Part shown: positions 38,993-50,108 of the stretch, in pieces | How positions within the stretch are numbered: the first letter of the stretch is position 1 | Layout of the letters: each line of letters starts with the position of its first letter | Origin: Octopus vulgaris | Taxonomy: Eukaryota | Length of the DNA: 64,000 nucleotides | Assembly (NCBI GenBank): GCA_951406725.2 | Contig: OX597824.1 | Coordinates: 36,952,001-37,016,000 of the forward strand | Direction of reading: 5' to 3' | The notes under the pieces: generated by a model | The model's database searches: none | Seen by the model: the letters and a program-made list of their open reading frames with translations, nothing else | Told to the model about the DNA's origin: nothing | Made by a program: the position numbers and the translations under genes

Positions 38993-40244
38993 TTAGATTG
39001 TTGAAGGGTATTTGGTCAATCAAATCAATCCTAGTATTTATTTAGTATCTGACCCTTGCTTTATCAGTCTCTACTTCTTGAACTGCTAAGTTACAGAGAT
39101 GTGAACAAATTGACAATAGTTATTGAGAGGAGAAGGACAAAAACAAACAAGCATGCACACATCAACATCATCGTCATCATTTAACATTGCTTTCCATGCT
39201 GGCATGTGTTGGATGGTTCGGGAGGAGCTGGTAAGGTCAGGGGCTGCACCAGGCCTCAATTGTCTATTTTGGCTTAGTTTCTACAGCTGGATGCTCTCCC
39301 TGTCACCAACCATTTTACAGAGTGCACTGAGTGTTTTTTTATGTGGCACTAGCACAGATACTTCTTACATGGAATTGGCACAGGTGCTTTTAACACGGCA
39401 CCAGCACAGGTGACTTTTATGTGGCACCATCAGGGTTGCCAAGTAGCTTGCAAAACAAAGGCCTCTCAGCTAAAAATGCAAATGGAACAGAGGGGAAGTG
39501 GCTGTGAACAAAATGGGGGGTCAGCCAAATGAGGGTTAATAGAGGGACAGAAATAGTTGTTATACTAGAGAGGGGTTACTTGGCTAACCCTACCCCTGCT
39601 AGTGTAGCTAGAGTACATACTACTCGGGGCGGCCCTTCCTTTTGCTGCCCCTAGACCCCACAAAAAACATATATTGCCTACTGCAGACCCAGAAGTAGTG
39701 CCCCTTTAAAAGTGCGGATCACCCTACCCTCCTCTAGCTACATTAGTGCCCCCTCCACACACACACACACACACACCAGCTTTCTCTCTTCCACATTCAC
39801 TCACAAATTATTAGTCAGCCAAAGGGTAGAATAGAAGACACTTACTCAAGGTGTCATTGCACAAGTGGGATTGAACTCACAACCCCACGGTTGTAAAATG
39901 AATTTCTTAACAGCATGGTCATTACATCAGTTTTCATGTAAAAAATAACTTAATCCAAATATGATATCTTTTCCAAAGAATCAATGCAATTATTTACATT
40001 TCATTTATTTTACAGGCCCTGACAGAACTTTCTGGAAGTTTATTTACAAACCTCTTTTTTATAGAATTATTACTTATAAGCAAAAACCTGGCAGTGTGGT
40101 AAGAAGTTTGCTTCCCAATCACATGGTTCCAGGTTCAGTCCCACTGAGTGGTACTTTAGGCAAGTGTCTTCTTAATTAGCCTCAGGTCAACCAAAGCCTT
40201 GTGAGTGGATATGGTAGGTGATAGAAACTGAAAGAAGCCCATCA

Positions 40245-40297
<53 letters not shown>

Positions 40298-40520
40298 GTA
40301 AGATCCAAGGAGTGAGGTGTAGGAAGAACGTTAGCTTCAAGCAAACCATAGAAAATATAAAAAATAAGCAACTTTCAGGAACAATATTGGTTTATTGAAG
40401 TGGAAGGTTATGGATTTTTTCCATACTACTTCCTAGGTCCCACTCGCTATGAAACAATATGTAACCTGGATATTATCTAATCCGTTCCTTAACTCTTGTG
40501 TGTGTGTATGTATATATATT

Positions 40521-40687
40521 ATACAGGCAAGAAAGTAATATTTCAAATGTAGTATAGCCATAAAAACAGCAGAAAGATTAGATATTTTACCCTAATATGA
40601 CGGAAAAAGTTGTCAGGTTAAAATACCCAGTCTATTTGCTGTATTCATGGCTATACTGTGTTTGAAATATTACTTTCTTTTCTGTAT
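40521..40687. repeat. Diverged inverted repeat, ~72-bp arms
   Basis: aagaaagtaatatttcaaa..agtatagccat / atggctatact..tttgaaatattactttctt. Confidence 0.88.
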
Positions 40688-40736
40688 GATATGATACACA
40701 TTCAACACTTCCAAAAACAAAAGAACAAAAAAGTTT

Positions 40737-40852
40737 GTTTACATATCACATCAAAAGCACTGGTTCTCATCCGATCACCAAAGTTAAGCAACATCGAGCC
40801 TAGTTAGTATTTAGATGGGTGACCATTTGGGAAACCTAGGTGCTGTAAGCTT
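40737..40852 (+). pseudogene. 5S rRNA pseudogene
   Basis: CATATCAC..AAAGCAC.GGTTCTC.TCCGATCACC.AAGTTAAGCAAC.TCGAGCC..GTTAGTA.TT.GATGGGTGACC...TGGGAA...GGTGCTGTAAGCTT follows metazoan 5S; many differences are CpG>TpG/CpA. Confidence 0.9.
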
Positions 40853-41800
40853 CACACATAAAAGGCAGTCAAATAACTGAAACAAGTAAAAGAGTATATG
40901 TTTTTGCATACATATATATATATATCTGTATACATCGATATGTGTATGTGTCTTTGTTGTCTGTATTTGTCCCCCACTACTGCTTGACAACTGGTGTTGG
41001 TGTGTTTATATCCCCCGTAACTTAGTGGTTCAGCAAAACGGATCAAAAGAGTAAGTACCAGGCTTTAAAATAAAATAAGTACTGGGGTTGATTCATTCAA
41101 CTAAAATAATTCTTCAAGGTGGTGCCCCAGCATGGCCACAGTCTATTGACTGGAACAAGTAAAAGACAAAAGATTAAAGACATTACTGGATAGGAAGGCA
41201 GGAGAAATCAATGTATACTTTAAAAAGTATCAAAGAAATTGTGGAATGAGCCACAGAGTTAAAGATTAATGGTAATGAATTAGACAAAGAAGCAGAAGAG
41301 TTAGAGAGGGTATGTCATTGATGGGGGTGCGAATGGCAACAAAAGGATTTTGACAAACCTAACTGATTGATTTTCTAAACCATTAATCAAACCAATTGAT
41401 TAGTTAATTGGATAAATGGTTAACCAACCGACAAATAATAACGAAGTGGAATAGACTTTAAAAAAGAAAGGTACTGAGGTTGATTCATTCAACTAAAAGA
41501 ATTCTTCAAGGCAGTGCCCCAGCATGGCCACAATCCGATGTGTGAAACATATAAAAGATAGAAGATATTATTGGTCAGGAGAACAGGAGAAAAAAAAAAG
41601 CGATGTATATTTTGAAAAGTATCAAAGAAACTGTGTGATGAACCATAGAGTTAAAGATTAATGGTGACAAAGAAACACAAGAGTTAAAATAAAAACAGCA
41701 AAATCGTAAATGAACAGATTAGAAAAAGAAGGTATGTCATTGATGAAGTTGCAAATAGCAACGGAAGGATTTTGACACCTGACTAATTAATTCTCTAAAC

Positions 41801-42324
41801 GAGTGGTCTGCAACTTTTTTTTCATTTGCGGTACACTACCAGCGTCACCTTACTGGCACTTGTGACGGAGGCACATGAAAAAAGCATTCAAGCAAGGTCA
41901 TTGCCAGTGTCGCTGGGCCAGCTCCTGTGCAGGTGGCACGTAAAAAACACCATTTGGGCATGGCCGTTGCCAGTACCGCCTGACTGGCCCTCGTGCCGGT
42001 GGTATGTAAAAGCACCCACTACACTCTCGGAGTGGTTGGCATTAGGAAGGGCATCCAGCTGTAGAAACTCTGCCAGATCAAGATTGGAGCCTGGAGCAGC
42101 CATCTGGTTCGCCAGTCCTCAGTCAAATCGTCCAACCCATGCTAGCATAGAAAGCGGACGTTAAACGATGATGATGATGATGATGATGATGATTATCATT
42201 ATTCTTTACAAAATTCAGTGGTACACCTGAACTAAAAATATAACTAAAAGTATAGGGAAAAAAATATATTCAGGTTATTCTGCAGCACACCAGTGTGTCA
42301 CAGTATACTAGTTGCAGAGCACTG
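41801..42324. mobile_element. hAT-type MITE interrupted by an RTE-tailed SINE
   Basis: TIR-like gagtggtctgcaac / gttgcagagcactg; 8-bp TSD ctctaaac / ctctaagc. Confidence 0.75.
41837..42193 (+). mobile_element. RTE-tailed SINE family D nested in hAT MITE
   Basis: Same core, (GAT)n tail. Confidence 0.87.
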
Positions 42325-42606
42325 CTCTAAGCAATTAATCAAATAATTGATTAGTTAATTGGATAAATAGTTAACCAACCAACAAATGATAATGAAGTGT
42401 TGTTATTGGCAGAATGGCCCTCCTTAAATATAACAACATGATGTTGTTCTGCATATGCCAGGTAAAATGCTTAGTGGCATTTTGTCCGTCGTTATGTTCT
42501 GAGTTCAAATTCAACTGAGGTCAACTTTGTCTTTCATCCTTTTGGGGTCGCTAAATGAAGCACTAGGGCCTTGTGCCTATAGTAGAAGGGATTATTCATA
42601 AGAGTC

Positions 42607-42778
42607 AGTAGCACAGTTGAGTGGGGGAGAGAGAAGGAGAAGAAGAAAGCAAGGGGGCAGTAGTCCACCCCAGGTGATGCTTTTTATGATGGTGGCTCTT
42701 TTGGGTCGTTGCATAAACCTGTTTGGGGGACAAATGAAAGTGCTGCGTCTGGTGGCACACCCTTTAGCTATACCACTG
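42607..42778. mobile_element. GC-rich MITE relic
   Basis: cagtagcacagtt ... agctataccactg terminal inverted repeats; similar relics near 39600-39750 and 45390-45450. Confidence 0.4.
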
Positions 42779-42811
42779 AATAGAGTAAATCTTGGCACAG
42801 TATTTGGTACG

Positions 42812-43002
42812 CTTTTACTTGTTTCAGTCATTTGACTGTGGCCATGCTGGAGCACCGCCTTTAGTCGAGCAAATCGACCCCAGGACTTATTCTTTGTAAG
42901 CCAAGAACTTATTCTATCGGTCTCTTTTGCTGAACCGCTAAGTAACAGGGATGTAAACACACTAGCATCAGTTGTCAAGCAATGTTGGGGGAACAAACAC
43001 AG

Positions 43003-43052
<50 letters not shown>

Positions 43053-43214
43053 GACAGGCTTGTTTAGTTTCCATCTACCAAATCCACTCACAAGGCATTG
43101 GTCGACCCGAGGCTAGAGTAAAAGACACTTGCCCATGGCGCCACGCAGTGGGACTGAACATGGAACCATGTGGTTGGTAAGCAAGCTACTTACCACACAG
43201 CCACTCCTACGCCT
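42812..43214 (-). mobile_element. SINE family A
   Basis: Full-length copy. Confidence 0.9.
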
Positions 43215-43848
43215 AATGAGTTTTGTGATGTTGTTGCAATGTTTGTGTGCACTTTGTCAGCAATGAGTAAGAAAGAGGGGGAGAGAAAGAGAGGATTTAT
43301 AAGAGAGAATAAGAAAGAAAGAAAGAGGGAGGGAGAAGATCTTAGAATAGTGTTACAGTTAAGTTCTGTGATAGTTTTTCATGCTTCTACCATTTTCCAT
43401 TTAATTGCTTAACTTCTAAGCATGGTATGATCATTTCAAAGCATTGAGGGTAATATTTAATGGTATGTTTCATCAGTGTATAATATATTTACACTGAAAG
43501 AGATGGTCGATTGTGTTCCATGTTTTTTGAGGGAAAAAAGTGATAAGGGATTTGGTAGGTATCATATATAATATATTTTGGAAGAAAGCAGACTCCGACT
43601 CTATGTGATGAATGTTAGCTAGGAGTGATGTAGTGGTATGGAGGGGGAAAAACTTATGAGGAAGCCAACTAGTTACTCAATACTTAACAATTAGCAACTG
43701 GAATCTCCCTCAAACTACACCTTATCGTTTTAAAAAATAGAAGTATAACATTGAGATATATAAATCTAAAAATAATTTAGCAGAAACGAAGATAGAAAGA
43801 TGATGGTGGGGAGATTGGTTAAAGGATAGAACAAAACAAATTTGACAA

Positions 43849-44235
43849 GGCACAGGAGTGGCTGTGTGGTAAGTAGCTTGCTTACCAACCACATGGTTGC
43901 AGGTTCAGTCCCACTGCATGACACCTTGGGCAAGTGTCTTCCACTATAGCCTCAGGATGACCAAAGCCTTGTGAGTGGATTTGGTAGATGGAAACTGAAA
44001 GAAGCCTGCCATATATATATATATAGGTATGTGTGTGTTTGTCCCCCCCAACATCGCTTGACAACTGATGCTGGTGTGTTTACGTCCATGTAACTTAGCA
44101 GTTTGGCAAAAGAGACCGATACAATAAGTACTAGGCTTACAAAGAATAAGTCTTGGGGTCGATTTGCTCGACTAAAGGCGGGGCTCCAGCATGGCTGCAG
44201 TCAAATGACTGAAACAAGAAAAAGAGTAAAAGAGT
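43849..44235 (+). mobile_element. SINE family A
   Basis: Full-length copy with many CpG decays. Confidence 0.9.
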
Positions 44236-44239
44236 CACA

Positions 44240-44600
44240 ATTCACCAAAGTGACTGACTACTCTTAGCTCTCTTTGGCTCATTTTCTTGCTATTTCTGCA
44301 AATTACCCAGCCATAAATCTGTTCAACTCTGTTTTAGTATATATTATAACTAAGGTAGGACAGTTGCTGTGCTGATGACACCTATTAAGACAGAAACATG
44401 TGCTCACAGCTCTCCTCTAGTCTTTGGCCAATCAGACAACTCCTTTCTGAAAAGTCATACCAACTCTGAGGAATTCTTAATTCTTGTTATAATTTTCACT
44501 TCTCATATGGAGATAGTGCCGGTTACCCACTCTTCTTCATCTTCGCAGTTCCAAGACTGGTCGTTTTCACTCATTTCTCTTTGTTGATTTATTTATGTCA
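44240..44600 (+). mobile_element. Penelope-like relic with degenerate hammerhead motif (44366-44410)
   Basis: gctgtg-CTGATGA-...-GAAAC-atgtg-ct-cacagc; stem I intact, stem II decayed. Confidence 0.5.
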
Positions 44601-44614
44601 ATTAAGCAGGTCAG

Positions 44615-44833
44615 AAGGCAGCGTGCTGGCCGAACCGTTAGCACACAGGGCAAAACGCTTAGTAGCATTTCGTCCGTCTTCACGTTCTGAGTTCAAAATT
44701 CCAACAAGGTCAGAAATTACCGTTCATCGTTTTCGGGTCGATAAAATAAGGACCAGTTGAGTACTGGATCGGTGTAATCGATTTATCTCCACCCAGCCCT
44801 CGAACTTGCTGGCCTTGTGCCAAAATTTGAAAT
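44615..44833 (+). mobile_element. SINE family B (diverged but CpG-retaining)
   Basis: Shared head, core and tail. Confidence 0.8.
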
Positions 44834-44928
44834 CAGTTACTTAGGGCAGAAATGTTTTCAACTTTCTGTATGTGTTTCATTTGCTGACGATGTCTATTAT
44901 GAACAAAATATATAATACAAACACACAT

Positions 44929-45341
44929 AGGCGCAGGAGTGGCTGTGTGGTAAGCAGCTTGCTTACCAACCACATGGTTCCGGGTTCAGTCCCACTGCGT
45001 GGCACCTTGGGCAAGTGTCTTCTACTATAGCCTCGGGCCGACCAAAGCCTTGTGAGTGGATTTGGTAGACGGAAACTGAAAGAAGCCTGTTGTATATATG
45101 TATATATATATATATATATGTGTGTGTGTATGTTTGTGTGTCTGTGTTTGTCCCCCCAACATCGCTTGACAACCGATGCTGGTGTGTTTACGTTCCCGTA
45201 ACTTAGCGGTTCGGCAAAAGAGACCGATAGAATAAGTACTAGGCTTCCAAAGAATAAGTCCTGGGATCGATTTGCTCGACTAAAGGCGGTGCTCCAGCAT
45301 AGCCGCAGTCAAATGACTGAAACAAGTAAAAGAGAGAGTAA
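44929..45341 (+). mobile_element. SINE family A (near-consensus, CpGs retained)
   Basis: ggcgcaggagtggctgtgtggtaag...ccgggttcagtccc head; intact body and tail. Confidence 0.93.
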
Positions 45342-47999
45342 AGATAATATATGTATGTATGTATGTACGTACGGTGTGTGTGGGTATACTAGCGTACCTA
45401 GGGGGGCGATAGGGGCGCTCTGCACCGGGCGGCACACACTCTAGCTACGTGTGTGTGTGTGTGTAAATTATATATATATATATATATTTACTCCTGGACG
45501 GAACATCGGTCCGTCCCAAGATTACACATTTTTTGCCAGCTGACAGGACTGCAGCAATGTGAAATGAAATGTTTAGCTCAAGAACACAACATACTGAACG
45601 GTCCAGGAACCGAAATCACAAACTAACGACCGTGAATGCAATACCTTAACCACTGGGCCACGTGCCTCCACACACACACACAGACCTACATATTCGTATA
45701 ATATAACATAATGTAATATAATGTCTGTGTGTGCACTGTTTGAGTCATAATTTATATCTTTAAAACAGAAGACAATAAATTGGAGGCCATTCATAGCTAC
45801 CATAATTAAATGTAATTTACCCCTATTTATCTATTTGATCATTCGGATATATGAACTGGACCAGTTAGTCACTCGGACGAGTGCCTGCTGTTTGTGGTGG
45901 ACGTGAAATGTCAATAACCATTGACAATGAATGAAACAATCAGATCGAGTAATTCACATGGAAGACGAGTCTTTCTGTTATAATAAAATAGCAATCATAC
46001 GAATCTTTCAGCTATAAAATAGCAATCATTTCAAATTTAACTAAAATACAGCATTTTCTGGCAATACTTAGCATATCGATTAGTGAAAATATAACAAACT
46101 AGAACTAGATGTATCGAACTCCAAGTACAATGGAATACGTAAATTGGACAACACTGAACTTGAAGTTGAAATAATGGTTCATTATTTTCAGTTGTTAAAT
46201 TGTGTTTTTACATCACAAGTACTACCAGGATGGTTATTAATAATTGTTTGACAGACATTAATTGACTAAATTGTATCCCTGTTATGTTACGTTAGATAAA
46301 TTCCATAAATGTTTGCTGAAAATATGCAGTGAGACCTTAAACATTCTCGGATAGGGCGACAGGAGGGGAATAATTTCCAAACCTGAGAGATAGAGAGACG
46401 GGATTTACGGAATTGTGGCAGCAGACTAGCAGAATAATTGGTGGGGGGAGGGGGGAATGAGAGCGAAGAGAAAGAAGGTTGGTTTCTATGACAACAAGCA
46501 GCCTCATGTCTTATGTGGAAATAATGATTTTGTAACGAGTCAAGATTAAACGCAACTTGTTAAGTCACTCTCGACACACATGCTGCACGTGATAGTGGGG
46601 AGGAGGGGACACGTCTAGCCACGTGCGTGCATGTTGAGGTATGACTGTGTCTATAACAAAGGTGTGGGGGTGAGAGAGAGAGAGAGAGAGAGCTGGTGCG
46701 CTGGAATGGTAATGTGCAACTGAGAAATCGTTCGCATGCTTTTGGGGGGGTCTTCCCCGAGAGTTACTTCAAGCGAACAGTATTTAAAGTGCAGCAACAA
46801 CGGCAAGCAGCAAGGTAGAATCGGAGGAAGAAAGCAGAGGAGAAAGTGAGTACGAAAAAAGAACAAAAAAAAAAAGCAAGAACTACGACTTTTATAGGTA
46901 TCAGACTTGACATTTGTAGACAATGCAAATTGGAAATTGAAATGTTTCATCTCTTTCCTGGAGAGGTTAGCATCGTAAATAATGTGAAGACGTTCCAATC
47001 GGGAATCGAAACGACAACGACCTCACCTCAAATAACAGAAATAATGAAAACATTTAAACGTTGCTTTACCACCTGAGTTCAAATCCGGCGAGACTTGACA
47101 TTTATCGTTCATTCTTTAAGGGGTCGATAGAATTAATATCAATCAAACCAACTGCACTCTATTCACCCTTAGAAAAAAAGTTGTGCTTATGTTAGAAATC
47201 CGTTTCTTGAACTGTCACCTAACCGAAATACGTGTCTTTGAAGAGTTTCTCTCGTATACCTGGAAACATTTTCTACTAACTCTCACTTTACATTCATTCA
47301 CGTGCTCTTTGGCAACGTAAAACAAAAAGAAAAAAAAGAAAAGAACTCTCTCCCCTTACATTGACAGTCAGTAGTCTCGACTAATTCACGCTGTTAAAAC
47401 AATGAATGAATTACATAGTTAAACTAGAGACAGCGATTCCCTCTAACTGAGAAACTGCACAAACAAAAGAAAAAGTCTTTGTTTATTTAACAAAATAAAT
47501 ATTTATTTGACAGGGTGTTGTTGTGTAAAAATGCAGTAATTGGCAATGACGGAGATTTCAATTACTTTCGTCGCTGATTCACAAGACAAATGGTTCTAAC
47601 AGCTCGCAAAGAAGATGAATGAAGTTTAAGAAACGAGAATATTTTCTAGGAATTCATACATTTATTATATTAATATATACATATCTATTTATTATTATTA
47701 TTATTACTATTATTATCTTAAGATTGTTGGGTCCACCAGACAGATAATGCAACCGAAGATAGAAGCAAAAAGCAGTGTATTCCTCGGTGGACAACTGGGT
47801 GGAGGGAGTGGTAGAGACTAGACGACAGAATATTTTTATGAATGGAGAAAAATCGCTTCGGGTAAAACGAGATATAATGCATGATTATATTATATTCGAC
47901 GGCAATCCTCCGTCAGACCGTCGAGTGACGAAATCATGACGAATAGTCGATATGAAATTGTTAATTATCATCATCATCATCAACAACAATAACAACATC

Positions 48000-48031
<32 letters not shown>

Positions 48032-48604
48032 AAATACTCGTATTAATCGGGGTGGTGGACAGGTATGGAGCGACCAACACTGCAGTTTCTTCCCCCTCTG
48101 CATTGCAGGGGGTAATATTATTACTATTATTATTAATAATAATAATAATAACAATACAAGAAGGTGAATGTTATCAGAGTTTCCCAAAGTCGGACGACTC
48201 CTTTTTGATGGTGATTTATTTTAATATTTAAATTCTGATTGCAATTACATTTAGTATTTTTTTTTTTTTAATGTTTGTAACGGGTTGCTGTAACCCGGTT
48301 CTCTCTTTGTTGTTTGTGCGCACAATGAGAGAGAGAGAGAGAGAGAAAGATAGAGAGAGAGAGAGGTAAGCACGAAGAAAATAAAAATAAAAATTTTCTA
48401 TTATATGTAAAAAGCATTGAAAGTATTTTCAATAATCATCTTCAAGACACACTTTCAATTTATAGTGTAACGGAGAAGAAAGTTAGAGTCTAGGATAGTT
48501 TAAAAGCAATATTGATTAGCTGGATATTGCAACTTCGATGGTGAGCGAATGATTGAAAATAACGCAAAGAACAATAACAATGAATATAATATATATATAA
48601 TACT

Positions 48605-48920
48605 AGAGTGTGCGTGTGAATGTATGTGTATGGGTGGATGTAAGTGTCTGTGTGTGTATGAATGTATGTTTGACTATATGTATGAGACTGTGTGTGTATG
48701 AATGTGTTTGACTATGTGTATGTAACTATTATATGTATGACTGTATGCTTGACTATATGTATGTAACTGTATTGTATGTATAGGTGTGACGGTGTGTATG
48801 TTTGTGACTGTATATATGTGTATTTGTATGCGTATATGTAACTGTGTATGAATGTATGTTTGACTGTAGGTGTAAGTGTGATTCTGTGTGTGTGTGTGAA
48901 AGAGAGAGAGAGAGAGAGAG
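48605..48920. repeat. Degenerate TG-rich minisatellite (gactgtgtatgaatgtatgttt-like units)
   Basis: Direct reading. Confidence 0.75.
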
Positions 48921-49548
48921 AAGTGGGGTAGGCAGATCTGCTTTGTGCATGCTTCAGACTAAGTTTTTACCCGAATTAGTGGCTGCATGTGTAAGATAGG
49001 GAGAACAAAGGCATGCAGGGCAAACGGGTCCACTAGAAAGAGAACTGAACGCCCGAAAAACTAATTGGAACATTCGTAAATAATAATAATAATTAAGACG
49101 CGTAATTTAAAAACAGCATTTAGACTTAACCGACTGTAAAGAAAACTGAAATATCTAAAAGCACCGAGATCTTGGCTAAGTTGAAAAAAATAGAAACACT
49201 GTGTTTGGCAAATGGTTTTAGTTTATAAGTTATCGACACAGTTTGTCAGGAAATATGTGGAAAAAGTTTTCTGACGGCCAAAATGAAAATTCTATCGAAC
49301 ATGATTCGATTGATTCAACGTTTGAGCGTCATTAAATAAATATAAACACACACACACATCAGATATAAACACGGTTTTGTTTGGTTGTAGAAAGAAAAGT
49401 AAAACAAGTGCGTGAAATTTGATCGACTGATGGATGGTGAGAGACATGATTGTATGAATGTGTTTGAAGAATTGTGAAGTAACAACTCCCGATGAGACGA
49501 ATGTAAACCAAAATATTGTTTACGATCAGATGGATCGTGAAAGGATAC

Positions 49549-49655
49549 ATAAACCAGATCTTTGTTATATCGTGTTTGTAGGTTTATATTCACGCCATTT
49601 TCATCAATATTGCTAATAATGATCATATCACGGACTCCATCCTGCGGCCTCGTAC
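49549..49655 (-). CDS. Unconventional myosin heavy chain, coding exon 2, start of motor domain (probably class XXII / MyTH4-FERM type)
   Basis: Acceptor ttacttttAAG|; translation (G)TRPQDGVRDMIIISNIDENGVNINLQTRYNKDLVY matches the myosin-head motif GV.DM..L..L.E..I..NL..RY..D.IY; ends exactly at the conserved IY|TY intron position with donor GTATCCTTT. Confidence 0.92.
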
Positions 49656-50068
49656 CTTAAAAGTAACATCATCAATATAAATAATAATAAATCGTGAATT
49701 TTAGTAGATTAAATGCACCAAAATATGACATGCACAACAAGCTGAAATAATAATAGTCTCCTTCATTGAACGCATGAAATCTAAGAGATGATCATTCATG
49801 AGAGAAAGAAGAAATATGAGATGATATAAACAAGGGAAAACATTGCTGGAAATAAAGGGAAAACGCTGGGGATTTAAGGAAGGATAAATTTTGGTTCGTT
49901 TTTAAGTTGTTGTTGATGATATTTCAACTGTATTTGGGTAGAAGCAACGTGAAGTGTAAAAGATAGAAAGACGAATGGACGTGTAACCAAGACAGTTACA
50001 GAAATGGGTGAATAAGTAAAATATAAATAAATGAAGAAAATATATAAATACAAAAATGCCTGGTTTAC
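49656..50068 (-). other. Myosin intron 1 (U2-type GT-AG, 413 nt, phase 1)
   Basis: GTAAAC...ttttAAG; restores reading frame between the two exons. Confidence 0.75.
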
Positions 50069-50108
50069 CTTCTTTCGTCAGTTCTGGTCTGTCTAACACC
50101 GATACCAT
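50069..50108 (-). CDS. Unconventional myosin heavy chain, coding exon 1 (MVSVLDRPELTKE+G, phase-1 end)
   Basis: ATG in good context (acaatcATGG) at 50108; donor AAG|GTAAAC at 50069/50068; joins in frame to the myosin-motif exon at 49655. Confidence 0.8.

Larger units (their letters stand above)
41080..42400 (+). repeat. Old tandem duplication (~390-bp unit), second copy interrupted
   Basis: 41080-41450 aligns with 41472-41800 + 42325-42400. Confidence 0.8.
1..49548 (-). other. Myosin intron 2, U12-type (minor spliceosome), 3' end not found in window
   Basis: 5' splice site |GTATCCTTT at 49548-49540, phase 0; no TYTG.ILVAVNPY exon seen downstream by manual search. Confidence 0.7.

Noticed and set aside
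40483-40495. TTCCTTAAC U12 branch-point match
   Set aside because: On the + strand, opposite to the myosin intron, and not followed by an acceptor or exon
44929-45000. tRNA-like heads of SINEs as functional tRNA genes
   Set aside because: They are followed by SINE bodies and lack a complete cloverleaf
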